Assembly (NCBI RefSeq): GCF_902459465.1
Contig: NC_047063.1
Span: 18,352,001 to 18,416,000 of the forward strand
DNA: 64,000 nt
Source: Asterias rubens
Lineage: Eukaryota
Direction: 5' to 3'
In this document: one piece after another, positions 53,788 through 64,000 of the stretch
Layout of the letters: every line of letters begins with the position of its first letter
How positions within the stretch are numbered: the first letter of the stretch is position 1
Made by a program: the position numbers and the translations under genes
Notes under the pieces: generated by a model
Told to the model about the DNA's origin: nothing
Seen by the model: only the letters and a program-made list of their open reading frames with translations
Databases searched by the model: none

Positions 53788-54150
53788 TTAAAGCCATTAA
53801 ACACTTTCGGAACAGAATTTTTTTGTTAAGTTCACAGATTCACAATGACTTACAGGGTTTACAGAAGGTAATGATGAAAGACTTCTCTTGAAATATTATT
53901 CCATGAAATGCTTTACTTTTTGAGAAAACATTAAGACAATATCAATTCTCGATATCGAGAATTACGGATTTATTTTAAACACATGTCGTGACACAGCGAA
54001 ACAAGGGTGGGTTTTCCCGTTATTTTCTCCCGACTCGGATGACTAAGTGAGCCTAATTTTTAACAGGTTTGTTATTTTATATATAAGTTGTGATACACGA
54101 AGTGTGGGCCTTGGACAATACTGTTTTCGGAAAGTGTCGAATGGCTTTAA
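53788..54150 (+). mobile_element. MITE family B, full length
   Basis: ttaaagccattaaacactttcgg...cggaaagtgtcgaatggctttaa. Confidence 0.85.
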
Positions 54151-55932
54151 TAAAAAGAAATTTACAGTTCTTCCAAAGCAAATCACACTTGATTTTTTTC
54201 CCATAAATGGGTCAAAGAGTTTAAGGCCGTATCAGAATTGGAGTCTACAGCTACGGCTACAACTGTTGCTAGGGGTGTTGTAACGGAGTTCCTATATACT
54301 CTAACCAAAGCCACATAGCTGCCATTTTTCAAAACGGCCTACTTTGATGCAGCTATTGGAAATTGACATGGGAAAGCACAAGTAAAAACCTGGTGTATAG
54401 TAAAGGCAGGCGCCTGGTTTTCCATCTTTTAGAGAGCAAAGCCATTGTCATTTGCAAATGGGCACTTAAATAAGAAAATCTATGGGAAATGGTTAAAGAG
54501 GCACCAAGGCCAAGACTAGGGGCAACAGAGGACACCTCTAAGTAATTCTACGTCTGAAAGGAAGTGTTGACACACAATGCAAACAATCTCAGTTAAATCC
54601 CTACAAGATGTAAAAGTTATAATTATATTGTTAGCTCAATTCTACCATTATGTATATATTTAATTATGTCATCACGACATGATCCACTGATGGGTTTTCA
54701 AGAAATAATTCACAATAGTTTATGGGTTTTTAGTTGAACTGTTTTTCTCAGGTAAGAAATATTTCTAATAAATAAGTTGAAGCAGAATTTTTTTTCCCCA
54801 AGGTGTAGTTTATTGACGTCTCTACTGGTTAATTATTCTGATGACAGTGTGTAGAAGCAACATGTTTGTAGCAGGCATGATTTTTGGCTCCTGGAGGGGC
54901 TGACCTATAGTACATGTGTAGGCTTTTATAAACCTTTTCCTTGGCGGGGTATTTAATTACAATATTGATGATTTTTTTTCAAGGGCAAAACAAAAAACAT
55001 TGTGCCTGGTATCATTGTAGCAACAAAGGTGATACAGCAAAACAAACATCCCATCTAATGGACAAAGCAATTGAACATGATCAAGTATTTTTTTAATTTT
55101 TATGCAAGTCGCCAGACACAAGGCCTGAAGGCCACTTCAAGGTGTGGGCTACAATTATTTTTGTCCAGAGGCCGTTGCCACCTACTCCTAGGGCTGAAAC
55201 AGGGTTACCCTTTTACAGTCCATATGGATGTATGCTTGGGTATCATTGCTCAAGGACAGAAAGTACAGTGACCAGGAACCAAACACACACTCTTACAACA
55301 CCAGGGGTTGATTTTTTACAAAGAGTTATGAATAGTCTTATCTCGAGTTAGGACAAGTTACTTGTCCTAACTTAGGACAAGTTACTTGTGTTAACTTAGG
55401 ACTAGCCATGCGATTTTAATATCTCTTAGGACTAGTCCTAAGTTCGGACTAGTCCTAACTCTTTGTGAAATCGACCCCTGGGGTTGATTTTACAAAGAGT
55501 TTAGAATAGTCTTATCTCAAACACTAGCTTTAAGAACTCCTAGGACAAGTCCTAAATTAGGAAAAATTTTTGTGAAACTGACCGACTCGAGTCGGATGCA
55601 CTATATCCCTTCACAACGACACTTCACCAATAGAACAAAACGAAAAAAACATTTAACTTGGCATTACACTCTGAATCACCTTTATTTGTAACAGTCTTTG
55701 ATAATGCATGAATTTTGTACAAAGTAAGGAGCGATTGCAAAGTGTAATCTCTGACCACAGCATCCACGAATGGACACCAACCCTCAGAATTCTGAAAAGC
55801 GATTCATGCATGAATCATTTCTCACATTCAAATGTTTGGGGGATGGGAATCCTTTCTCAAAGCAGTTTATACTACCTACAGCTGTAGTACTTCATTAAGT
55901 TTTGGAGTATTTAGCCATTTATGACCCTACCC

Positions 55933-56483
55933 TTAAAGGCACTGGACACTGTTGGTAATTACTCAAAATAATTCTAAGCATTAAAACTTACTTGGTAACG
56001 AGCAACTGAAAGCTGTTGATAGTATAACACATTGTGAGACACTGCTCCCTCTGAGGTAATGTAATTTTAGAGAAAGAGGTTATTTCTCACTCAAATATTA
56101 AAGACAGCGGACACTATTGGTAATTGTCAAAGACTAGTCTTCACAGTTGGTGTATCTCAACATATGCATAAAATAACAAACCTGTGAAAATTTGAGCTCA
56201 ATCTGTCGTCGAAGTTACGAGATAATAATGAAAGAAAAAACACCCCTGTCACAAGAAGTCGTGTGCTTTCTGATGCTTGATTTCGAGACCTCAAGTTTAG
56301 AATTTGAGGTCTCGAAATCAAATTTGTGGAAAATTACTTCTTTCTAGAAAACTACGTCACTTCAGAGGGAGCTGTTTCTCACAATGTTTTATACTATCAA
56401 CCTCTCCCCATTACTCGTAATCAAGAAAGGTTTTATGATGATAATTATTTTGAGTACTTACCAATAGAGTCCACTGCCTTTAA
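55933..56483. mobile_element. Compound family A locus: partial forward copy (55933-56097) followed by a full reverse copy at a TTAA (56098-56483)
   Basis: Two sets of cactggacact/gcggacactattggtaatt termini with TTAA at 56098 and 56480. Confidence 0.8.
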
Positions 56484-56608
56484 AAGCCTTTTATTATGTA
56501 TCTAAAAGCACACAAATGTTTGCAACAAGGTTTTTTTTGTTGTTAAAAGTGGCCGAGGGAAATCTATATTTGGAAATGAGTACAATTTCTTTGGGGTTTT
56601 TAGTTCAT

Positions 56609-59600
56609 TTACACGCTTATATGTGTTCCTTTTTTGTCTGGACTCCTGTAGACTTTCAGAGGAGGTGGAGGATGGATTTTCCTGCCAGCCCATCCACCCT
56701 TTCTCTGCCAAAGGCCACTCGATGGACGCCAACCAAGCCATCTATTCCTACCAGCTTTGCCTATAAATAAGAAAAAATTTGAGACAAATTTGTACCGTGG
56801 CAACTCCAGGGCCCAATTTCATTGAGTTTCTTAAGCAGAAAATATTGCTCAATAAGTGTCTGCTAAGCAGAAAAGAAGCAGGGCACCAGTCACAAATTGT
56901 GCATGTGACATGGTTGTCTGGCTGGGAACCTTATTCTGGTAAGCATTGGTCTGATTGGTTGTGCTTGGCAACTTGTTGTGCTTTTAAAAGCAGTTTTATG
57001 AAATGGGCGATTTTTGAACGCTAGGTGACCATTAATTACTTGGTTCTGAAGATGCAAACAACTCTGAGAACAATGGCTTTACCAGCCTTCGATTTCACCA
57101 AACTCTTCCTACCTTATGATTAATCTTAGGACTTATGACGAGTTAAGTTCCATATCCATAGACATAGGACACATTGAACTCATCCTAAGTTAGTACGAGT
57201 TAATTGTCCAAACACCAGATAGAATTAATCCCAGCATTTCGTAAAATTGACTGTTGGCAAGTCTGCTGCCACCAAGTGACCCAAAAGTCTCCAACTGAGC
57301 CTTTGACAGAAGTCATTGTCCTGTTCAGAGCTAATTTGATTTTATTGACTCATCACTCACCAATGGGTTTCTTATTGTGATCCTCGTTGGAGACACGCCC
57401 AACTGTTGCCATACACTTCTCGCTGACGCTGATCTGTTGTTTAGATGGCAGCTGAAGGATCACCTGACCGCCAGTCTTGCGAATGACCTGAGCGCTCGTA
57501 CCCGCTGCTCTGACGTAGGACCCACCGGCGCCCTCGAAGACCTCTACGCTATGGACGAGGCAACCGATGGGGAGAGCTCCTAAGGGGTACGCATCACCTT
57601 CATTTGCAGCAACTTCAAAGAAATCAAAGTAGGCAATTATAATTTAAAGCCAAGCCATAAATCTCATAGAGGGGCTCCAAGGTCAATTGAGTTTTCTGAT
57701 GCAATCATTTTACAACGGATCGAATGCTCACGAAACACTACAAGTCTCTAATATCATGTTAAAATGGTTTAAATGTAGATGTTCACATGATGTTACTGCA
57801 AGTCAAATGTACAATTTAAAATAATATATATCTTTGATGTGTGAAAACAATTTTAAACGCAGTGGACACTTAGTAATTAAATGTACTAAAAATAATTGTT
57901 AGCATAAAAACTTACTTGTTAACAAGCAATGGAGAGCTGCTGATAGTATAAAACATTGTGAGAAACAGCTCCCTCTGAAGTAACATAGTTATTCAAGAAC
58001 AAAGTAATTTTCCACAAATTTAATTTCGAGACCTCAGAATTAGATTTTGAGGTCCCGAAATTAAGCATCTAAAAGCACACAACGTCGTGTGACGAGGGTG
58101 TTTTTTCTTCCATTATTATCTCGCAACTTTGACGACCAATTGAGTTCAAATTTTCACAGGTCTGTAAATACTGTGCATATGTTGGGATACACCAAGTGAG
58201 AAGACTGGACTTTGACAATTACCAAATTTGTCCAGTTTCTTTAAACTATCTGTTTGCTCCTTGTGACCTTACCTGTCATTCTACCGATGACACCGGATGT
58301 TTTGATGATGTCACCTTTTTCCATGTTGATTGTGGCAAGTATCCAACGTTTGTGGTTACCAGCGGCAACCATAGCAATGTTTGCAGTCCGGCAGGGGTCA
58401 TACCTGACCTGGAGTACCTTCTCTTCTTTGGGGGCGCCTTCCTCAGGACCGATGCGTTTGAAGTCCACCATACGATAGCGTCGTTTGTGGCCGCCACCTC
58501 GACCAGTGACGGTAACTCTGCCTGAAAATTGTGTGGACAGTTTGGTGGTCATAAGACTAAAAATAGATTTTAATTGTGTAAAAATATTTTCGAATACCCT
58601 TATCCAGCGCTTTTCTGAAAAGATGTTACGTCATAGTTTGGAGCTCCAATTGGTATAGCCGCTTTGTTGCAGCGTGGAGGTACAAAAAAGCAAACTCCCA
58701 AGCATGACGACAAAGCATTGTCATTTTGATGGCGCCGTCAACGGCAGAAGTGTTTTTAGTTTTACAAAACCTTGAGGATGGAGCCTGATTTTTTAATTGA
58801 TAATTACAAAAAATTCAGAAGTGTACAAATATCAAAATTACATTTAAATGGTGAACAAATGCATTATAAACAAGTTTAAATAGCAATTATATACAAAAAA
58901 TACTACACCATGTGGACAGTGGACACTATTGACATATTGTTGCAGTTTTACTATATTTTTATTTGGCACATGCTTCTAAAATTTAGCATATTTTATGCTA
59001 AAAGTTTACTTCAGCATATGACACAATAACAATCCAATCAAAATTCTTGCAAACTATTTAAATATACAGCCTTTTCTTGAATATCAAGAACTCAAAGTCG
59101 GGCCTGTATGCTTCGTATTTGAAAGGGCAAGGGTACCAAGGCATTTTCTCAATGGTGAAGGACACCCTATCAGGAAATTATAAATTTCCACTGGAGCATT
59201 TTAAGATAACAAAGGCATTAAACAAGGGGCATGGAGGCAATCACCTTCGTTGCCCCTGTGAAATTTCAGTGCAGTCCTGTTAAAGCCATTATACACTTTC
59301 GAACAGAAAAAAAAGAAAAAAAGTTCACAGATTTACAAATAACTTACATGGTTTAGAGAAGGTAATGGTGAAAGACTTTCTCTTTAAATATTGTTTGATG
59401 AAATGCTTTACTTTGTGAGAAAACATTAAAACGATTATCACTTCTCGATATCTCAATATCGAGAATTACGGATTTATTTTAAACACATGTCATGACACGG
59501 CGAAACATGCGGAAACAATGGTGGGTTTTCCCGCTATTTTCTCCCAACTCCGATGACCGATTGAGCCTTAATTTTCACAGGTTTTTTATTTAATATATAA

Positions 59601-60000
59601 GTTGTGATACACAAAGTGTGGGCCTTTGGACAATACTGTTTACCGAAAGTAATGGCTTTAAATAAAGCAAGTTACCTGTATTGTTGCGACCAGCAGATTT
59701 AGTCAACCCGAGAGGTTTGACCGTGTACTTCGGTGTACTCTTCCATGGAATGAATTTATAGGTCACACTCGACGTATGGAAATCTGATCTTACACAAAAA
59801 GTTCCAAAATGTTGCTTTTCTCCAGGTAAAAGACAAGTTGGCTTGACTATTGGCCATACAGACACTGGACGGTGCAGGGATTGTGGTATCTGGGTGTTCA
59901 CTGAATAACTGCGGATTGTTCTCATTAGTTGTTGTTGACAATCATTTTGACTTGTGAGTGCAAGGGACTGCAGTCGACTGCATAACGTCGCCAACTTCAT
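56609..60000 (-). CDS. MRPL2: Mitochondrial ribosomal protein uL2m, 4 coding exons, 325 aa
   Basis: Exons 60000-59676, 58521-58273, 57612-57361, 56760-56609, GT-AG and in phase. N-terminal targeting-like peptide, then WKSTPKYT...[82 protein letters not shown]. Confidence 0.96.
57853..58244 (+). mobile_element. MITE family A in the MRPL2 intron between coding exons 2 and 3
   Basis: ttaaacgcagtggacactta...aattaccaaatttgtccagtttctttaa. Confidence 0.8.
59280..59661 (+). mobile_element. MITE family B in an MRPL2 intron, 14 nt from the donor
   Basis: ttaaagccattatacactttcg...ccgaaagtaatggctttaa. Confidence 0.85.
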
Positions 60001-61128
60001 TTTGTGAATTGTTGTAGAAGGACTTTCATCTGAAAGGGAAACAAATTTAAGTTTTAGTGATCAAACCTTCCGGGTGTAGACCAACATTAGTTCAGGCCTG
60101 ATACTTCAAGGAGGCAACAAAGGCGATTGCCTCCGTGCCCCCTGGTCATTGCCTTGGTGCCCTTGAAATGCTCCAGTACAAATTTGCAATTTCATCATAG
60201 GGTGCCCTTTACCGAGAAAAAAATGCCTTGGTGCCCTTGCCCTTTCAAAAACGAAGCATACAGCCCTGATAGTTTATAATCACAGCAACAAACAAAATCA
60301 TAAGATTCCATTCGAACCCTGTGAGTTTAGTTTGCCATTAAAACCTTTACTGAGCTAGGCAGATTGGCTAGCCTATGGAATTCTCCACTCAGTCAGGCCT
60401 GTATGCTTCGTCTCTGAAAGAGCAAGGGCACCGAGGCATTTTCTTCTTATGAAGGGCACCCTATATGAGGAAATTGTTAATTTCTACTGGAGCATTTCAA
60501 GGGCACCAAGGCAACGCCCAGGGGGCCTGGAGGCAATCGCCTTTGTTGCCTTCGTGAAGTATCAGGCTTGTCTTCCTCTCCCATGTACCTATGTCACAAG
60601 CTTCACACATTGTCTGGACTAATTGCAGTGCATGCAGCGCATTCCATAAAGGTTAGATTTAGAACAGTGAGTGAAAAAGTATGTGGAGGTGGGATATGGA
60701 AAAATTCCCTCATGATTTGATATGCATGATTGGGATCAATCAATGAGGGAAGTAATTTGAAAGGAAATTTTTAAAAAAAATCTACAATTACAAAATATCT
60801 TTTTATTTAATAATTTATTAAAAATAACGGATAATTTTCCATTTGGCGCCACCACTTTCTCACTCTTTTTTACAAAAATGGATATCTCATTGAGGTAAAT
60901 TAGATACTATATTATTTCATATCGAATGAAAAAGTGGTGGCGCCATACGGAAACTTTTCCAAAATAACAATAATAATCCAAACAAAACACCCGGGTACGT
61001 CAAGCTATACATATTCTTCCTACAACTATAATATATAACATTAACAAGGTCCATTCAAAAACTGCCCCTTTCTCCATTGCCGCCCCCCCTCCCCATTTCC
61101 CCGCCCCCAAACCGTGCACCAAAACACC

Positions 61129-62193
61129 TAGTTGCGATAATCGTAACCCTCCATCCTCCCGACGGTCGGAGACCGGAGGGTTACGACACAAGACTGATAT
61201 TATCGGTGTAACTAGCAGTTTTGACCAGTTTTTGCCAGACTCGTGATCAGATTCGTCCTTTTTTTTCCACTTTCCAAAATCATGACAGACATTCTAAACA
61301 CATGGAGTTGATCTTTATTGTATGACAACGTCATCTGGAACCCTTAAAACTACATCATGAAAATATTTGGCAGAAAAAACGACAAAAACTTACCAAAAGA
61401 CTGACCGAATATATCCACAATCCATAGCGGGACCAACTACGTCGCACTTGCTTGGCAACAACCAATCAGCGTGACCCAACCATCGATGTCGTATGCGTAT
61501 CGGCCATTCCAGCTTGCAAACTCACCGCCTGTGTGTGTAAGCACCGATCCCCCGCACCGAGTGCGCAGCATGCAGGCATGTACATGTACATGTATTGTGT
61601 ACACTTGCACACATACACACAACGTCAGGGTGTGTTTGGCCATGTGGGGGTATGGAGCAGCACACGGTACTTACGAGCTGTATAGTTTGTGCACGCACGA
61701 TGTTCATACAGTACATGTACATGTACATGTACATGCCTGCATGCTGCGCACTCGGTGCGGGGGATCGGTGCTTACACTCACAGGCGGTGAGTTTGCAAGC
61801 TGGAATGGCCGATACGCATACGACATCGATGGTTGGGTCACGCTGATTGGTTGTTGCCAAGCAAGTGCGACGTTCAAAATCACTAGTTGGTCCCGCTATG
61901 GATTATGGATATATTCGGTCAGTCTTTTGGTAAGTTTTTGTCGTTTTTTCTGCCAAATATTTTCATGATGTTGTTTTAAGGGTTCCAGATGACGTTGTCA
62001 TACAATAAAGATCAACTCCATGTGTTTAGAATGTCTGTCATGATTTTGGAAAGTGGAAAAAAAGGACGAATCTGATCACGAGTCTGGCAAAAACTGGTCA
62101 AAACTGCTAGTTACACCGATAGTATCAGTCTTGTGTCGTAACCCTCCGGTCTCCGACCGTCGGGAGGATGGAGGGTTACGATTATCGCAACTA
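61129..62193. mobile_element. Non-autonomous Mutator-like (MULE)/foldback element with about 470-bp terminal inverted repeats and 9-bp TSD
   Basis: Arms 61129-~61594 and ~61712-62193 are near-perfect reverse complements around a spacer of about 117 bp. Termini TAGTTGCGATAAT...ATTATCGCAACTA. CAAAACACC is duplicated at 61120-61128 and 62194-62202. Confidence 0.9.
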
Positions 62194-62399
62194 CAAAACA
62201 CCAATCAAAATTTTCAGCTGGAGTTCATGTGTATGCATACCGCAATTTTACACCTACATTTCCGACAGCAAAACAACTAAGTATAAACTAAACACAAAAT
62301 ATTCAATATACATACCAATGCAATTGTTCTGCCAACTTTTTGAAGCCAAAATATCACACCAACTGACTAACCTTGCGCTACCTCTTTAACTTTGGTCCA

Positions 62400-62780
62400 C
62401 ACTCACACCGGTCTATTTTACACAGCGCCACCATCGGTCACGTTTGGAGTCGCAGTTAAAACAACTTTTATTTTAAATTAATAAAAAAATAGCTTTGTAT
62501 TATTTTATAAAATTCCACTTAACTAAAATATAACAATTTTCAATACTAAGAAATATTTTATAGCATTTTAATAAAAATAGTATTGAGTTTGATTTGATTA
62601 CAGTAAAACAAAATCGTGTTCCTTGAGTGGGACTGTCATGGCAGCACCCGCGATAAAAATTAAAACGTGAAACTGTCGTTTGTAACACACAAACAGTGAG
62701 TAAACACTACGTAATAACTAATTATTCTCAACCATTTTGCAAGCACGGTTTTCCAGAGGTCACATCCAGATTTGTTCGAG
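62400..62780. promoter_or_regulatory. Divergent promoter region shared by MRPL2 and LSM8
   Basis: CpG-rich sequence just upstream of the LSM8 ATG. Candidate MRPL2 non-coding exon donors on the minus strand lie near 62406 (GTGAGT) and 62371 (GTTAGT). Confidence 0.5.
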
Positions 62781-63917
62781 ATGGCGTCGGGACTGGAGAG
62801 TTATATAAACCGTATCCTTTACAAAATACAAGCAAATTTCGCCACGATTCGTCATGCTTGTTTTGCCGTTCGTTGCGTTCCCGGCCGACGTTCGCCGTTG
62901 GGTCGCACTAAATTAAATGCATTAAGCCGACAACTGACGACAACAAAATTTTAAATGTTCTTTGAATATAAACAAGATATTAAATAAATGGGAAAAGTTT
63001 CCGTATCGCGCCACCACTTTTTTATTCGATATGAAATCAGTATAAAACTATAACTATGTCATTGTAATTTTGTATTTTGTTTACCTCAATGGGATATCCC
63101 TTTCTGTAAAAATGGGTGAAAAAGTGGTGGCGCCATACGGAAAGTTATCCAGATTCCAGTTGTAGTTTTAAATTAACTGAAAAAGTTTATAAAATTTAAA
63201 AAGGTTTTTTTTTTTACCCTGAATTAGTCATTAATGTTTTTCAACTACATTTTGGGGGGCTACAGGGGGGCAGGCCTATAGCGTAGCTACATACAATACA
63301 AAAATAGTTGCAACTTACTGCTTTGTGAAGTTATTATTGTGTCACTTGAACGACTATTCATGACAACATATTTTACTTGATATTCAAACACAACCAGACA
63401 TCACTGACACAATCTCTCAATCCTTTCAGCGTGAATTCTATAAACAACATGCAGCTATGCATCAATAATGCGACTATTTAAGGCGCAACTAGTCGAGTAG
63501 TAAATTTCACTTGCACCCAGGCCTACTTGCAAGTAAACATCATTTAACAAGTTTGCAATCTGGTAGTGCAGAGTGTGGTACTTAGATTGGGCATAGTTGC
63601 GATAACATAACCCTCTGACTATGCCGTCGGCCGGGAGGAGGGTTACATTATCGCAACTAGATTGGGCACAGCTGGCTGTTGCACCATGAAAACATTATGC
63701 GCGCTTCACTGATCATGATTGGTTTTGCACACTCTGATCCAATGTTTAAGCTGGAAAGTGTGTACAACAAAGCTGTGAGGTTTACAGTGGCTCATGTTTT
63801 TTAAAGAACTTTATTTTAACATTTAATTAATTTCGACTTTCCTAGTGAAAGTTTTCCTTTACTTTCCGATGCACAGACACAGTTTCTGTCATTACCAACG
63901 ATGGCCGACAGATAGTG
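62781..63917 (+). CDS. LSM8: U6 snRNA-associated Sm-like protein LSm8, exons 1-2 (62781-62811, 63877-63917); continues beyond the window
   Basis: Splices to MASGLESYINHTVSVITNDGRQIV|gtaaga (human MTSALENYINRTVAVITSDGRMIV). Exons are 31 nt and 41 nt. Confidence 0.92.
62990..63150. mobile_element. Palindromic MITE family H; other copies at 23327-23460, 27595-27755, 60829-60960
   Basis: ggaaaagtttccgtatggcgccaccacttttt...aaaaagtggtggcgccatacggaaagttatcc. Confidence 0.8.
63594..63659. mobile_element. 66-bp mini-element of the same MULE-like family
   Basis: Same termini TAGTTGCGATAA...TTATCGCAACTA, with 9-bp TSD GATTGGGCA at 63585-63593 and 63660-63668. Confidence 0.85.
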
Positions 63918-64000
63918 GTAAGAAAGATACTTTTCACACTCGGGGTTCTGCCCTCAGTGGTTGGTGCTGGAACCCGCCCGGCACTTCTCAAGACACCTCT

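Larger units (their letters stand above)
62812..63876 (+). other. LSM8: U12-type (minor spliceosome) GT-AG intron, LSM8 intron 1
   Basis: 5' site GTATCCTTT is a perfect U12 consensus. Branch-site-like TTTTCCTTTAC at 63852-63862 lies 14 nt before the 3' splice junction, and there is no long polypyrimidine tract. Confidence 0.85.

Noticed and set aside
58196-58525. Plus-strand ORFs of 109 and 74 aa
   Set aside because: They are antisense shadows of the MRPL2 exon at 58521-58273.
61437-61968. Cluster of ORFs up to 165 aa on both strands
   Set aside because: They are mirror-image products of the palindromic element, low complexity (gtacat repeats), with no transposase motifs.

Overview
AT-rich, intron-rich animal genomic DNA. 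The dense palindromic MITE and tRNA-SINE landscape suggests an invertebrate deuterostome such as a sea star, but that is inference only. There is one 100-N gap at 44158-44257. Splicing by hand gives six genes in strictly alternating orientation: MAGI (-, first two coding exons, the rest lies left of the window), UROC1 (+, complete, 18 coding exons, 676 aa), HAL (-, 5' and 3' exons present, catalytic core absent and probably inside the gap), MFSD3 (+, 5 exons, 438 aa), MRPL2 (-, 4 coding exons, 325 aa) and LSM8 (+, first two exons). Main finding: the enzymes for steps 1 and 2 of histidine catabolism (HAL and UROC1) are direct tail-to-tail neighbours on one contig, and an orphan MFS transporter lies head-to-head with HAL. 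This looks like a hut-type metabolic gene cluster in an animal. Other highlights are a U12-type (minor) intron in LSM8, a 1065-bp Mutator-like foldback with 9-bp TSD plus a 66-bp mini-derivative, MITEs carrying paired CTCF-like motifs, and several splice-site and exon duplication relics. Comparisons with human proteins and exon sizes are from memory and need a database check. Repeat coordinates are approximate to within a few bases.
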